This document shows, in pieces, positions 30,350-39,370 of a stretch of 64,000 nt of DNA (its first letter is position 1; each line of letters opens with the position of its first letter). The stretch comes from Parcubacteria bacterium C7867-004 (GTDB taxonomy: Bacteria; Patescibacteriota; Minisyncoccia; Phycocordibacterales; Phycocordibacteraceae): NCBI GenBank assembly GCA_001189075.1, contig LFCN01000006.1:460866-524865 (forward strand), in the 5' to 3' direction. The notes below the pieces were generated by a model. The model did not search any database, was not told the DNA's origin, and saw only the letters and a list, made by a program, of their open reading frames with translations. The position numbers and the translations under genes were made by a program.

Positions 30350-31999
30350 ATGGGATACAACATTCTGCCGAATCTCGAGTACTGCAAAGAGATCGTGGAC
30401 GGATACGCTTCCTTCCTCTATTACACCCATATTCCGCCGACTATCATGGCGCTGCTTCTCGGCATATATGTGCTCGTGAAGAATCGGAAGTCGACGAGCG
30501 CCCAGCTATTGTTCGCGCTCAGCATCGTGTTTGCGCTCTGGACCACCACTGATCTCCTCATATGGCTAACGTTCGACCAGGCAACACCGATGATGTTCCT
30601 CTGGTCGCTTATCGGGATCCTCTCAAGCCTGATGTTCGCCCTGACATTCTTCTTTACGTTCTCGTTCGTCACGGGTCGAAGGATCCCCGTCTGGCTCGTC
30701 GCAGCATGGGGCGTGCTGCTGCTTCCGGTCATCATCGGCGCGCCAACGTCACTCAATCTCCAAGGATTCGACATACGCGACTGTGTCGCTGTCGAGGCGG
30801 CGGGATTCCTCTACTACTATCACGGCCTCGGACTCCTTACTGCCGTCCTCATACCGTTCCTCCCGCTCTTGCGACGCAAGCAAGAGGAAGCAAAAAGCAT
30901 TCCTCGAGCGGCAGTCACCTTCGCGACGCTCGGCGCGGAGCTGTTCCTGCTCACGTTCCTTGGCACCAGTTTCCTTGCCAGCTACCTGGTAGAGACGGGG
31001 GTCGTTCCTGACTTCGGTCTGGAGCAGTACGGCATCCTCGCGATGGCCGTCTTTATGGCGTTCCTCGCGTACCTTATCGTGCAGTACAATGCCTTCAACC
31101 TGAAATTCCTCGGTGCGCAGGCCCTCGTTATCGCCCTCGTTATCCTCGTCGCGTCGCAATACCTATTCGAGCAATCAGCGACCAACTACTGGCTGGTAAC
31201 GCTCACGCTGGTACTTACCATCTTCTTCGGGTTTATCCTCGTTCGAAGCGTTCAGCGCGAGATCAAGCAGCGTGAGCATATCGAAAAGCTCGCCAAGAAC
31301 CTCGAAAGCGCGAATAACCAGCAGGTCATCCTTATCCACTTCATTACTCACCAAATAAAAGGATTCGTCGCGAAATCGCGTAACATCTTCGCAACCGCGC
31401 TTGAGGGAGACTTCGGCACGATACCGGATACGCTCCGTCCGCTCTTCGAAGAGGGTCTGGCTTCCGACACCAGGGGAGTGGCAACCATCCAGGAGATCCT
31501 AAACGCCGCGAATATCAAGAACGGAAAGGTGACCTATGCGAAGGAACAGATAGACCTGAAGACGCTGGTCGACGAGGTCGCTAACGACCAACGGAGGACC
31601 GCCGAGAAGAAAGGACTGAAGCTCGTCATCGAGACTGGAAGCGAGCCTGTCATGTTACTCGGCGACCGTACACAGCTCGTGAACGCTATCAAGAACCTCA
31701 TCGATAACTCCGTCAAATACACCCCTTCGGGAGAGGTGCACATCGAGCTTGTGCAAACGCGAGATAAAATCCGCTTCTCGGTCAAAGATACCGGCATCGG
31801 CATCACCCCGGAGGATATGTCGCACCTTTTCACCGAAGGAGGGCATGGCGCCGAGTCCATGAAGATAAACGTTGAGAGTACCGGTTTCGGCCTCTATATC
31901 GTGAAGAACATTATCGAGGCCCATGGCGGAAAGGTATGGGCGGAGTCGGAAGGAGTGGGTAAGGGAAGCCGCTTCGTTGTCGAGCTCCCTGCATCCTAA
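30350..31999 (+). CDS. Sensor histidine kinase with multi-TM (HisKA_7TM-like) input domain
   Basis: Long hydrophobic N-half; H-box ITHQIK, N-box NLIDNSVKYT, DTGIGI, TGFGLYIV, GKGSRF. Confidence 0.9.
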   Translation: MGYNILPNLEYCKEIVDGYASFLYYTHIPPTIMALLLGIYVLVKNRKSTSAQLLFALSIVFALWTTTDLLIWLTFDQATPMMFLWSLIGILSSLMFALTFFFTFSFVTGRRIPVWLVAAWGVLLLPVIIGAPTSLNLQGFDIRDCVAVEAAGFLYYYHGLGLLTAVLIPFLPLLRRKQEEAKSIPRAAVTFATLGAELFLLTFLGTSFLASYLVETGVVPDFGLEQYGILAMAVFMAFLAYLIVQYNAFNLKFLGAQALVIALVILVASQYLFEQSATNYWLVTLTLVLTIFFGFILVRSVQREIKQREHIEKLAKNLESANNQQVILIHFITHQIKGFVAKSRNIFATALEGDFGTIPDTLRPLFEEGLASDTRGVATIQEILNAANIKNGKVTYAKEQIDLKTLVDEVANDQRRTAEKKGLKLVIETGSEPVMLLGDRTQLVNAIKNLIDNSVKYTPSGEVHIELVQTRDKIRFSVKDTGIGITPEDMSHLFTEGGHGAESMKINVESTGFGLYIVKNIIEAHGGKVWAESEGVGKGSRFVVELPAS

Positions 32000-32023
32000 A
32001 CGACTGCCTGGTATACTCGCTTC

Positions 32024-33274
32024 ATGAACCTGGCAGACGACCTAAAAGCGCGCGGATTGGTGGAGCACACTTCCGCTGATCTCGAGAAGATCCTCTCTAC
32101 GCGCCGCACGGCGTATCTTGGCGTCGACCCTTCTGCAGACTCAATGCAGGCAGGGAATCTCGTCGTAGTGCTGATGATGAAGCGACTCGCTGACGCGGGC
32201 CACAAGATCGTATTGCTTGTGGGAGGCGGCACCGGCATGATCGGAGACCCACGGGATTCGGGAGAACGCTCGCTCGCTGACGTGAAGCTCGTCGAGAAGA
32301 ATAAGAAAGCGCTGAAGGTGCAGATGCAGCGCATACTCGGGACTAAGATAACCGTCGTGGACAATGCCGACTGGCTCCTAAAGGTGAAGCTCGTCGATTT
32401 CCTTCGCGATATTGGCAAGCACTTCACCGTCAACGAGCTTATTAAGCGCGATATCATCAAGCGCCGGCTCGAGAATCCAGACGACAGCATCTCGTACACC
32501 GAATTCGCGTACTCGCTCCTCCAGGGATACGACTACTACATCCTGAACAAGGAGAAAGGCGTGGATCTGCAGATCGGCGGCACTGATCAGTGGACCAACC
32601 TCCTCTCTGGCGTCGAACTCATTCGCCGCAAGCTCGGAAAAGAAGCCTTTACCTTTACCATTCCGCTTGTAACGGACGCTGCCGGAAAGAAATTCGGGAA
32701 GTCAGAAGGGAATGCGGTGTGGCTCGATGCCACTAAAACCTCCCCATACGCCTTCTACCAGTTCTGGCTCAATCAGCCCGACGAGATGGTGGAGAAGTAC
32801 CTAAAGTTCTACACCTTTATTCCCGTCGAGCGCATCGAAGAGATGATGGCTTCGCACAAGCAGAACCCAGGCGCTCGCGAAGCACAGGAGACCCTCGCCC
32901 GCACCGTGACGGAGATTGTCCACGGCCCAGCAGCGGCAGCTACCGCCTCGGCGGCAGCATCAGCGTTATTCGGAAAGGAGCCGCTCTCAAGTCTTCCAAA
33001 GGAAGCGCGCGCGGTTGTGCTCGCAGAAGCGCCCTCGCTTCAGATTACGAAGGCGGATCTTGCGGCAGGATATTCAGTTATAGACGCGCTAGTGAATTCC
33101 TCGATGACGCCTTCGAAAGGAGAGGCACGCAGACTGGTCGAAGGGAAAGGAGTTTCGCTGAATGGCCAGGGTATCGATTCAGTCGATCGAAAGATTGGAA
33201 AGGAAGACTTCACTGATGGTCTCGCGCTACTCAAGAAAGGGAAGCGGGACATCATTGTTCTTGTTCTTAAGTAA
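32024..33274 (+). CDS. tyrS: Tyrosine--tRNA ligase
   Basis: Y.G.DP.A, QIGG.DQW.N, KFGKS, C-terminal S4-like domain. Confidence 0.96.
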   Translation: MNLADDLKARGLVEHTSADLEKILSTRRTAYLGVDPSADSMQAGNLVVVLMMKRLADAGHKIVLLVGGGTGMIGDPRDSGERSLADVKLVEKNKKALKVQMQRILGTKITVVDNADWLLKVKLVDFLRDIGKHFTVNELIKRDIIKRRLENPDDSISYTEFAYSLLQGYDYYILNKEKGVDLQIGGTDQWTNLLSGVELIRRKLGKEAFTFTIPLVTDAAGKKFGKSEGNAVWLDATKTSPYAFYQFWLNQPDEMVEKYLKFYTFIPVERIEEMMASHKQNPGAREAQETLARTVTEIVHGPAAAATASAAASALFGKEPLSSLPKEARAVVLAEAPSLQITKADLAAGYSVIDALVNSSMTPSKGEARRLVEGKGVSLNGQGIDSVDRKIGKEDFTDGLALLKKGKRDIIVLVLK

Positions 33275-33328
33275 TACTTGAAATAAAATCCATCTTTTCA
33301 TTAAGCTAAGAATGACATTCTGAGCTTA

Positions 33329-33973
33329 ATGACGTTCCAAACTCTGGACCAACAGAAAGAGGCTGCGAGATTGTATGGTAACGGTTTAAGCGCACAGCAA
33401 GTTGCTGATACTCTGGGTATCCATATACATACGGTATTCCGCGCACTGCGAAAACTTGGCGTAAAGAGTCGCACGACACGTGAATCAAACAGGATTAGAT
33501 TTACCGCGCAGCCCCTTTCATACAAGGTAAAAGAAGATCTTTCCTATGAGGAAGAACGTCTTAAGATGACGGCAGTAATGCTCTATTGGGCTGAAGGATA
33601 CAAGGTTGGGAAAGGAACAGTGGACTTCGCAAACTCAGATCCTGACATGGTCCTTATTTTTAAGAGATTTCTTTCGGAAATATGTCAGGTGGATGAAAGT
33701 AGGATACGAGGACATCTGTACTGCTACGAAGGACAGGATATATCCGGGATACGAACATTTTGGAGCAGACTTCTTTCGATTCCAGAAGATCAGTTCGTTA
33801 AGCCCTATATAAAACAGCAGGCTACACCGGGCATTCGTGGTCCACGAATGGTTCACGGGCTTGTACATGTCCGATACTGTGATACAAAGTTATTGAAGCA
33901 GATACTATGTTGGATAGACGAGTATCGCATCGAATGCGTCGGTGGCGGAGTGGTCAATCGCGACTGGCTGTAA
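33329..33973 (+). CDS. HTH + LAGLIDADG-like (homing endonuclease-related) protein overlapping tRNA-Tyr
   Basis: N-terminal HTH (GLSAQQVADTLGIHIHTVFRAL), AVMLYWAEG helix, FANSDP..I..F..FL; AT-rich; stop inside the tRNA. Confidence 0.7.
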   Translation: MTFQTLDQQKEAARLYGNGLSAQQVADTLGIHIHTVFRALRKLGVKSRTTRESNRIRFTAQPLSYKVKEDLSYEEERLKMTAVMLYWAEGYKVGKGTVDFANSDPDMVLIFKRFLSEICQVDESRIRGHLYCYEGQDISGIRTFWSRLLSIPEDQFVKPYIKQQATPGIRGPRMVHGLVHVRYCDTKLLKQILCWIDEYRIECVGGGVVNRDWL

Positions 33974-34021
33974 CCCAGTTGACTTAGGTCTACGTAGGTT
34001 CGAATCCTACCCGGCGCACCA
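33936..34021 (+). tRNA. tRNA-Tyr (GTA) with long variable arm and encoded CCA
   Basis: Acceptor GCGTCGG/CCGGCGC, anticodon arm ACTGG-CTGTAAC-CCAGT, T-arm GTAGG-TTCGAAT-CCTAC, ACCA end. Confidence 0.95.
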
Positions 34022-36243
34022 TGAACAAGCAGTTCCTCGCAGCAGTTACGCTCGCTGCACTTCTCCTAACCGGAGTAGTGCCTGCGTTTGCTGAGGAGCC
34101 CCTAGTTGAAGAAGTACCGGCTCCATTTGAGACGGTACTTTCTGATGCTGCGGAACCGGAAGCCACGACAACGGAAAGCAGTGTTGAACCTGCAGCATCT
34201 GCAGAAGAGACTTCTGTGGCGACAACGACCGAGGTTGAAGAATCAACACCGGCGGTATCGAGTGATACTCCCACCGTTATCGTGAAATTTAAGGAGAGCG
34301 AGCTTGATCTTGAGACAGCGGCGGACCGAGAGATCGCGGAAGACATCGCGGACATCGAGAGCGTTATCGTTACTGAGCATCTCCCGGATGCGAATATCTC
34401 GGTCGTAGCTTCCGAGATCAATGAGAGCGCGGAAGAAGCGGCTGAGCGACTTGAGGACAATCCTTTGATTGAGTACGCCGAACCCAACTACGAGCGTACG
34501 CTTGATGCTATCAACAGCGATGATGCGCATCGCGCGCTTCTCTGGGCCCTTGAAAACACCGGCCAGAACGTGAACGGAGTCATGGGCACTGCGGACGCTG
34601 ATATCGACGGAAGCGAAGCGTGGGGCCTGTCGCAAGGAACTTCTACTGTTGTAGCCGTGATCGATCTTGGCGTGATGTACAACCACGGCGATCTCGCTAA
34701 CCGCATGTGGGACGGATCCGCGTGCGTATCAGAGACCGGAGCTATGCTTGGTTCCTGCAACCACGGCTACGATTTCGAGAACAACGACGCGACACCGCTT
34801 CCGGAGATCCCGCTCGTCTCTCAAGGTACGCACGGCACGCATGTCGCAGGCATCATCGGTGCGGAGATGAATAACGCTACAGGCACGATAGGTGTCGCGC
34901 CGAATACCCGCATCATGGCGCTCAAGTTCGGGCTCGATGTGGCGAGCGAAGTGAAAGCTATCGACTTCGCGACGCAGAACGGCGCCGATATCATCAACGC
35001 GAGCTATGGCGGCACCACCTTCTCACAAGCGGAGTACGACGCCATCGAACGATTCCAGAACGCCGGCGGCATCTTCGTAGCATCAGCAGGTAATGGCGGC
35101 GTCGACGTCATCGGGGACGATAATGCAGCGACCCCGACCTATCCGGCAGGGTACGACCTTCCGAGTATCATCTCAGTTGCCGCAAGCGATCAAAACGATG
35201 CACTCACGAGCTTCTCGAATTACGGCAGCACTACTGTCGACCTTGCGGCACCCGGTCGTAATATCCTCAGCACCGTGACTACAACGGGAGTGAATATGGC
35301 GTATGGCTATCTGAGCGGAACCTCGATGGCAGCACCGATGGTTGCAGGAGCGCTCGCGCTAGCTAAGTCACTGTATCCAGCAGCAACGCCAACCGCGCTT
35401 AAGAACGCGATTCAAGCAAGCGGGGACACCAACGATGCGCTTGAGGGAACCATGGTAAGCGATAAACGATTGAATGCCCGTCATTTCCTTGAAGTACTCG
35501 CAGCGGGCGACGTGACGGCACCAGTCATTACGCTTACCGGAAGCGCAACCGTTTCTCTTACCGTAGGAGATACCTATACCGAAGAAGGAGCAACCGCAGT
35601 CGATGAGACCGACGGAAGTCTTACGGTTACGGTAGGCGGGGATTCAGTGAACACTGCATCCGACGGTACGTATGTTGTTACATACAACGTCATGGACGCT
35701 GCAGGGAATGCAGCGACGCAGCTTACGCGTACAGTTACGGTTACCAGTCCGGTTGTTTCTTCCGGTGGCGGAGGAGGCGGGGGTGGAGGAGGAGGCGGAG
35801 GAAGCCGAACCGCAAAGAAAAGAAGCACGACGACCGCCACGACCGTTGCGAACCCGACCCGAGAACTCCACTCTTCAGCGACTCAGACTGCAGTAGTCAC
35901 GCCTACCTACTCATTCACGAGCGACCTGACAGTCGGCTCGACCGGGCAGGCAGTAACCGATTTACAAAATCTTCTTACGCGAACCGGTTTCTATGCTGGT
36001 CCCGTAACCGGCTACTTCGGTCCGCTCACGGCGACAGCGCTCCGTGCGTACCAGCAAGCAAAAGGTGCAGCAGTTACCGGTTCGGTAGACAGTGCAACCC
36101 GTACACTCCTCAATCAGGAGGCACCTGCATCCGCGAACGTCTCATCACCAAGCCCAGACGTGCAGGCGACACTCGCTACGCTCCTTGCGCTCGTAGCCCA
36201 GCTTCAGGCTCGCCTGCAGGCGCTCAAGGCTTCGGGGTTATAA
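34021..36243 (+). CDS. Secreted S8 subtilisin-like protease with Ig-like and peptidoglycan-binding domains
   Basis: Signal peptide; VAVID.G, HGTHVAG, GTSMAAP triad; D.TAPVITL.G Ig-like domain; poly-Gly linker; V..LQ..L..GYFGPLT..A..YQ. Confidence 0.92.
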   Translation: MNKQFLAAVTLAALLLTGVVPAFAEEPLVEEVPAPFETVLSDAAEPEATTTESSVEPAASAEETSVATTTEVEESTPAVSSDTPTVIVKFKESELDLETAADREIAEDIADIESVIVTEHLPDANISVVASEINESAEEAAERLEDNPLIEYAEPNYERTLDAINSDDAHRALLWALENTGQNVNGVMGTADADIDGSEAWGLSQGTSTVVAVIDLGVMYNHGDLANRMWDGSACVSETGAMLGSCNHGYDFENNDATPLPEIPLVSQGTHGTHVAGIIGAEMNNATGTIGVAPNTRIMALKFGLDVASEVKAIDFATQNGADIINASYGGTTFSQAEYDAIERFQNAGGIFVASAGNGGVDVIGDDNAATPTYPAGYDLPSIISVAASDQNDALTSFSNYGSTTVDLAAPGRNILSTVTTTGVNMAYGYLSGTSMAAPMVAGALALAKSLYPAATPTALKNAIQASGDTNDALEGTMVSDKRLNARHFLEVLAAGDVTAPVITLTGSATVSLTVGDTYTEEGATAVDETDGSLTVTVGGDSVNTASDGTYVVTYNVMDAAGNAATQLTRTVTVTSPVVSSGGGGGGGGGGGGGSRTAKKRSTTTATTVANPTRELHSSATQTAVVTPTYSFTSDLTVGSTGQAVTDLQNLLTRTGFYAGPVTGYFGPLTATALRAYQQAKGAAVTGSVDSATRTLLNQEAPASANVSSPSPDVQATLATLLALVAQLQARLQALKASGL

Positions 36244-36335
36244 ACCCTTGCCATATCCTTTTTTAGTACTACTATGATCCTGTCCCGTTGGGAGGGACTT
36301 CTGAATCTTTGTTGTACACATGGGGAGTGTTTTAG

Positions 36336-36674
36336 ATGGACGTTGCTGTTGCCCAAGAACTGTTGGTCGGATCCGTGTCGATTGGTGAATCGGGGGGCAC
36401 TGCTTCCCCGAGACACAAGAGGCCGGCTGACCTGAAAAACGGCGACACCGTTACGGTGCGCTATAAACAGGGCGATGGATGGGGAGTTGAGACGGAGTTT
36501 CGGTACGGACCGAAGACGGAAATGGAGCCCGCGGATGGCGGGCTGCCGATTCTCGGACCGGGCGCGCCGCTTCGCAAGGCGCTCGCGACGATCGTGCAGC
36601 GCGGTCACACGGCCGAAGTTCCCTGCGGCGAATGCAGGCAACCCAGGCTCGTGAAGCTGATCAACATCCGCTAG
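36336..36674 (+). CDS. Orphan hypothetical protein with C-terminal CxxC
   Basis: GGGGAG SD, TTGCCA promoter upstream, terminator 36707-36735. Confidence 0.55.
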   Translation: MDVAVAQELLVGSVSIGESGGTASPRHKRPADLKNGDTVTVRYKQGDGWGVETEFRYGPKTEMEPADGGLPILGPGAPLRKALATIVQRGHTAEVPCGECRQPRLVKLINIR

Positions 36675-36759
36675 AAGAAGATATCTGGTCTACCAATTGA
36701 ACCTACAACGCCGCCCGGCAACGGACGGCGTTTTTCTTTGCCTGTGGTATCGTATTTTC

Positions 36760-37713
36760 ATGAGCGACAAGCCTATCCTTCTCTCCGGCATCAAGCCCAC
36801 CGGCACCCCGCACATCGGGAATTACTTCGGTGCGATGAAGCAGTTCGTGGAGTTCCAGACCATCGGAACGCACGACTGCTACTTCATGATCGCGGACTAT
36901 CACGCACTCAATTTCATACAAAGCGCGGGCGAGATGCGGGAACTCACGCGTGAGCTCATCCTTTCCTACCTTGCCGTAGGCCTTAATCCGGAGAAGGTAG
37001 TGCTGTTCAAGCAGTCGGACGTGCCTGCGCACACCGAACTCGCGTGGATCTTCGACACCATCACCACCATGCCGTATCTCATGCGCGCGCATGCCTATAA
37101 GGACGCGGAAGCGAAAGGGAAGGAAGTATCGGTAGGTACGTTTAATTACCCGATGCTGATGGCTGCCGATATCCTGCTCTATGACGCCGCGAAAGTCCCC
37201 GTCGGGCAGGACCAGAAGCAGCATATCGAGTACGCGCGGGATACCGCGGAGAAGTTCAACCGAACCTTCGGCGAGACCTTCGCGCTTCCCGAGGAATACA
37301 TCATGCCGGACGTCGCCATCGTTCCTGGTACTGATGGACAGAAGATGAGCAAGAGCTACGGGAACACCATCCCTTTGTTCGCATCCCGCCTCGAGATCGA
37401 GGAAGCGGTGATGAGCATCGTTACCGACTCGTCCGGAGACCGGCCCGAGAACGTCTACGGCATCCACAAGCTCGTCAAGAGCGAACGCGAGCTCGACTCC
37501 CTCTATGAAGAGCACGCAGGCAAGTACAAAGCACTTAAGGAAGCGCTTGTCGAAGACCTCGATGCGTTCATAGCGCCGATGCGCGATCGATTCCATGAAT
37601 TGTCCTTGGACCCTGAGATAGTTACCGAGACGCTCCGAAGGGGAGCTGAGCAAGCTAACGAACGAGCGAATGCCAAGATGGAATTGGTTCGAAGGGCGGT
37701 CGGGGTCGCGTAG
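36760..37713 (+). CDS. trpS: Tryptophan--tRNA ligase
   Basis: SGIKPTG.PHIGNY, YP.LMAADIL, VG.DQ.QH, KMSKS. Confidence 0.96.
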   Translation: MSDKPILLSGIKPTGTPHIGNYFGAMKQFVEFQTIGTHDCYFMIADYHALNFIQSAGEMRELTRELILSYLAVGLNPEKVVLFKQSDVPAHTELAWIFDTITTMPYLMRAHAYKDAEAKGKEVSVGTFNYPMLMAADILLYDAAKVPVGQDQKQHIEYARDTAEKFNRTFGETFALPEEYIMPDVAIVPGTDGQKMSKSYGNTIPLFASRLEIEEAVMSIVTDSSGDRPENVYGIHKLVKSERELDSLYEEHAGKYKALKEALVEDLDAFIAPMRDRFHELSLDPEIVTETLRRGAEQANERANAKMELVRRAVGVA

Positions 37714-37787
37714 TTGACAGATACTTTTTATACGTATTAATTACGGGACGCTGACGATTACCGTCGGCACTCATCAAAGGGTCACTG

Positions 37788-37970
37788 ATGCCGACCATGC
37801 ACTTTGAGGGCAGCCATCCGAATGGCGACGAAGCGGCAAGAATCGCTAAGCAGAAGATGACGGTCTGGTTCGGCGAACGCCCAGAACGCGCGATCGTATC
37901 CGAGTCCGCACCGGAGATGATTCCTGGCAAAGAGGGCGTGACCGCACGGATCGACGTGACCTACACCTGA
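37788..37970 (+). CDS. Small orphan protein (60 aa)
   Basis: TTGACA at 37714 upstream, hairpin near 38006-38030 downstream. Confidence 0.45.
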   Translation: MPTMHFEGSHPNGDEAARIAKQKMTVWFGERPERAIVSESAPEMIPGKEGVTARIDVTYT

Positions 37971-38047
37971 GACAGATCCGGAGACGCCATTCTCCGCATT
38001 ACAATCGCCCGAGCATTCAATGCCCGGGCGTGTTATTTTGTCTTTAT

Positions 38048-39370
38048 ATGAAGGAACGGACGCTAATAGGAGACCTCGCCCAGAAGGCGGGAGAGGAGGT
38101 GGTTATCAACGGCTGGGTGGACGTGAGGCGCGACCAGGGAAAGCTCGTATTCTTCGATTTTCGGGACCGATCGGGAACTGTCCAGGGTGTTGTCCTCCCC
38201 GGAGACGAAGCGCTCATGACGCTCGCAAAGGAGGCTCGAGGCGAATTCGTGGTCTCGGTTGCAGGCATCGTTAACAAGCGTCCGGAGAAGAACGTGCAGG
38301 AAGGGAAGGTGAACGGCGACATCGAGCTGGAGATCAAGGGCATCGAGATCCTCGCGAAGGCTGCCGAGCTTCCGTTCGATAAGGATGGCGAGCTGAACAT
38401 CGAGACCCGTTTTGATAACCGCCCGTACACACTCCGAAGCCGCCGCGATCAGGATATCTTCACCGTCCAGGCGACTATCGTCGACGCATACCGTCACGCG
38501 CTCTCGTCACGCGGATTCATGGACTTCCAGGCGCCAGCGCTCGTGGGCGGAGACGCTGAGGGAGGTGCTGCGGTCTTCAAGGTCGAGTACTACAACGATC
38601 GAACCGCCTACCTGGCAACCAGCCCTCAGCTCTATAAGCAGATCATGGTCGGCGCCTTCGAACGCGCATTCACCATTGCGAAGATCTTCCGCGCCGAGAA
38701 GAGCGCTACTACCCGTCACCTCTCCGAGCTCACCCAGATGGACTTCGAGATGGGATTCGTGAAGGACGAGTTCGACGTTATGCAGATGCTCGAAGACGTT
38801 ATCCGTGACGTCGTCACGACCGTGGGAGAAAAGCATGCGGATGTCTTCGAACGGTTCGCAGTCCCGGTACCAGCACTTGGACAAAAGTTCCCTATACTCA
38901 CACTTGCCGAAGCTCACGAGACGCTCGGTGTTGCCGCCGAAGACGACATGACCCCCGAGCACGAGCGTGCCATCTGCGAATGGGCGCTCAAGGAGCATGG
39001 GTCCGACTTCGTGTTCATCACCAAGTTCCCGGTAGCAGCTCGCGCCTTCTACACGATGTCTGACGGACCGGTACTCAGCCGCGGATTCGATCTTCTCTTC
39101 CGCGGACTTGAGATAAACAGCGGTGCTCAGCGCATCCATGACTATGACGAGATGGTTGAACGCATCGAATCGCGTGGTATGGATCCAAAGAAGTTCGCCT
39201 TCTATCTTCAGGCATTCAAGTACGGCATCCCGCCGCACGGCGGCTGCTCGACCGGGCTTGAGCGCTTCACCGCGCGCATGCTCGAGCTCGGGAACGTAAA
39301 AGAGGCGTCGTCGTTCCCACGCGACATGAACCGTATCGACATACTGCTTTCGCAGGCCGACGAGGTATGA
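38048..39370 (+). CDS. aspS: Aspartate--tRNA ligase, short archaeal-type (likely non-discriminating)
   Basis: OB-fold GWV..RDQG, EGGA..F, SPQLYKQ, FRAE, GAQRIH, PPHGG..GLER; no GAD insertion. Confidence 0.9.
   Translation: MKERTLIGDLAQKAGEEVVINGWVDVRRDQGKLVFFDFRDRSGTVQGVVLPGDEALMTLAKEARGEFVVSVAGIVNKRPEKNVQEGKVNGDIELEIKGIEILAKAAELPFDKDGELNIETRFDNRPYTLRSRRDQDIFTVQATIVDAYRHALSSRGFMDFQAPALVGGDAEGGAAVFKVEYYNDRTAYLATSPQLYKQIMVGAFERAFTIAKIFRAEKSATTRHLSELTQMDFEMGFVKDEFDVMQMLEDVIRDVVTTVGEKHADVFERFAVPVPALGQKFPILTLAEAHETLGVAAEDDMTPEHERAICEWALKEHGSDFVFITKFPVAARAFYTMSDGPVLSRGFDLLFRGLEINSGAQRIHDYDEMVERIESRGMDPKKFAFYLQAFKYGIPPHGGCSTGLERFTARMLELGNVKEASSFPRDMNRIDILLSQADEV

Noticed and set aside
35763-35805. 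GGA/GGC tandem repeat
   Set aside because: Encodes the poly-Gly linker of the S8 protease.
36703-37653. 316-aa minus-strand ORF and similar long antisense ORFs over alaS, dnaK, aspS and uppP
   Set aside because: Fully overlap well-supported genes; expected from codon bias.
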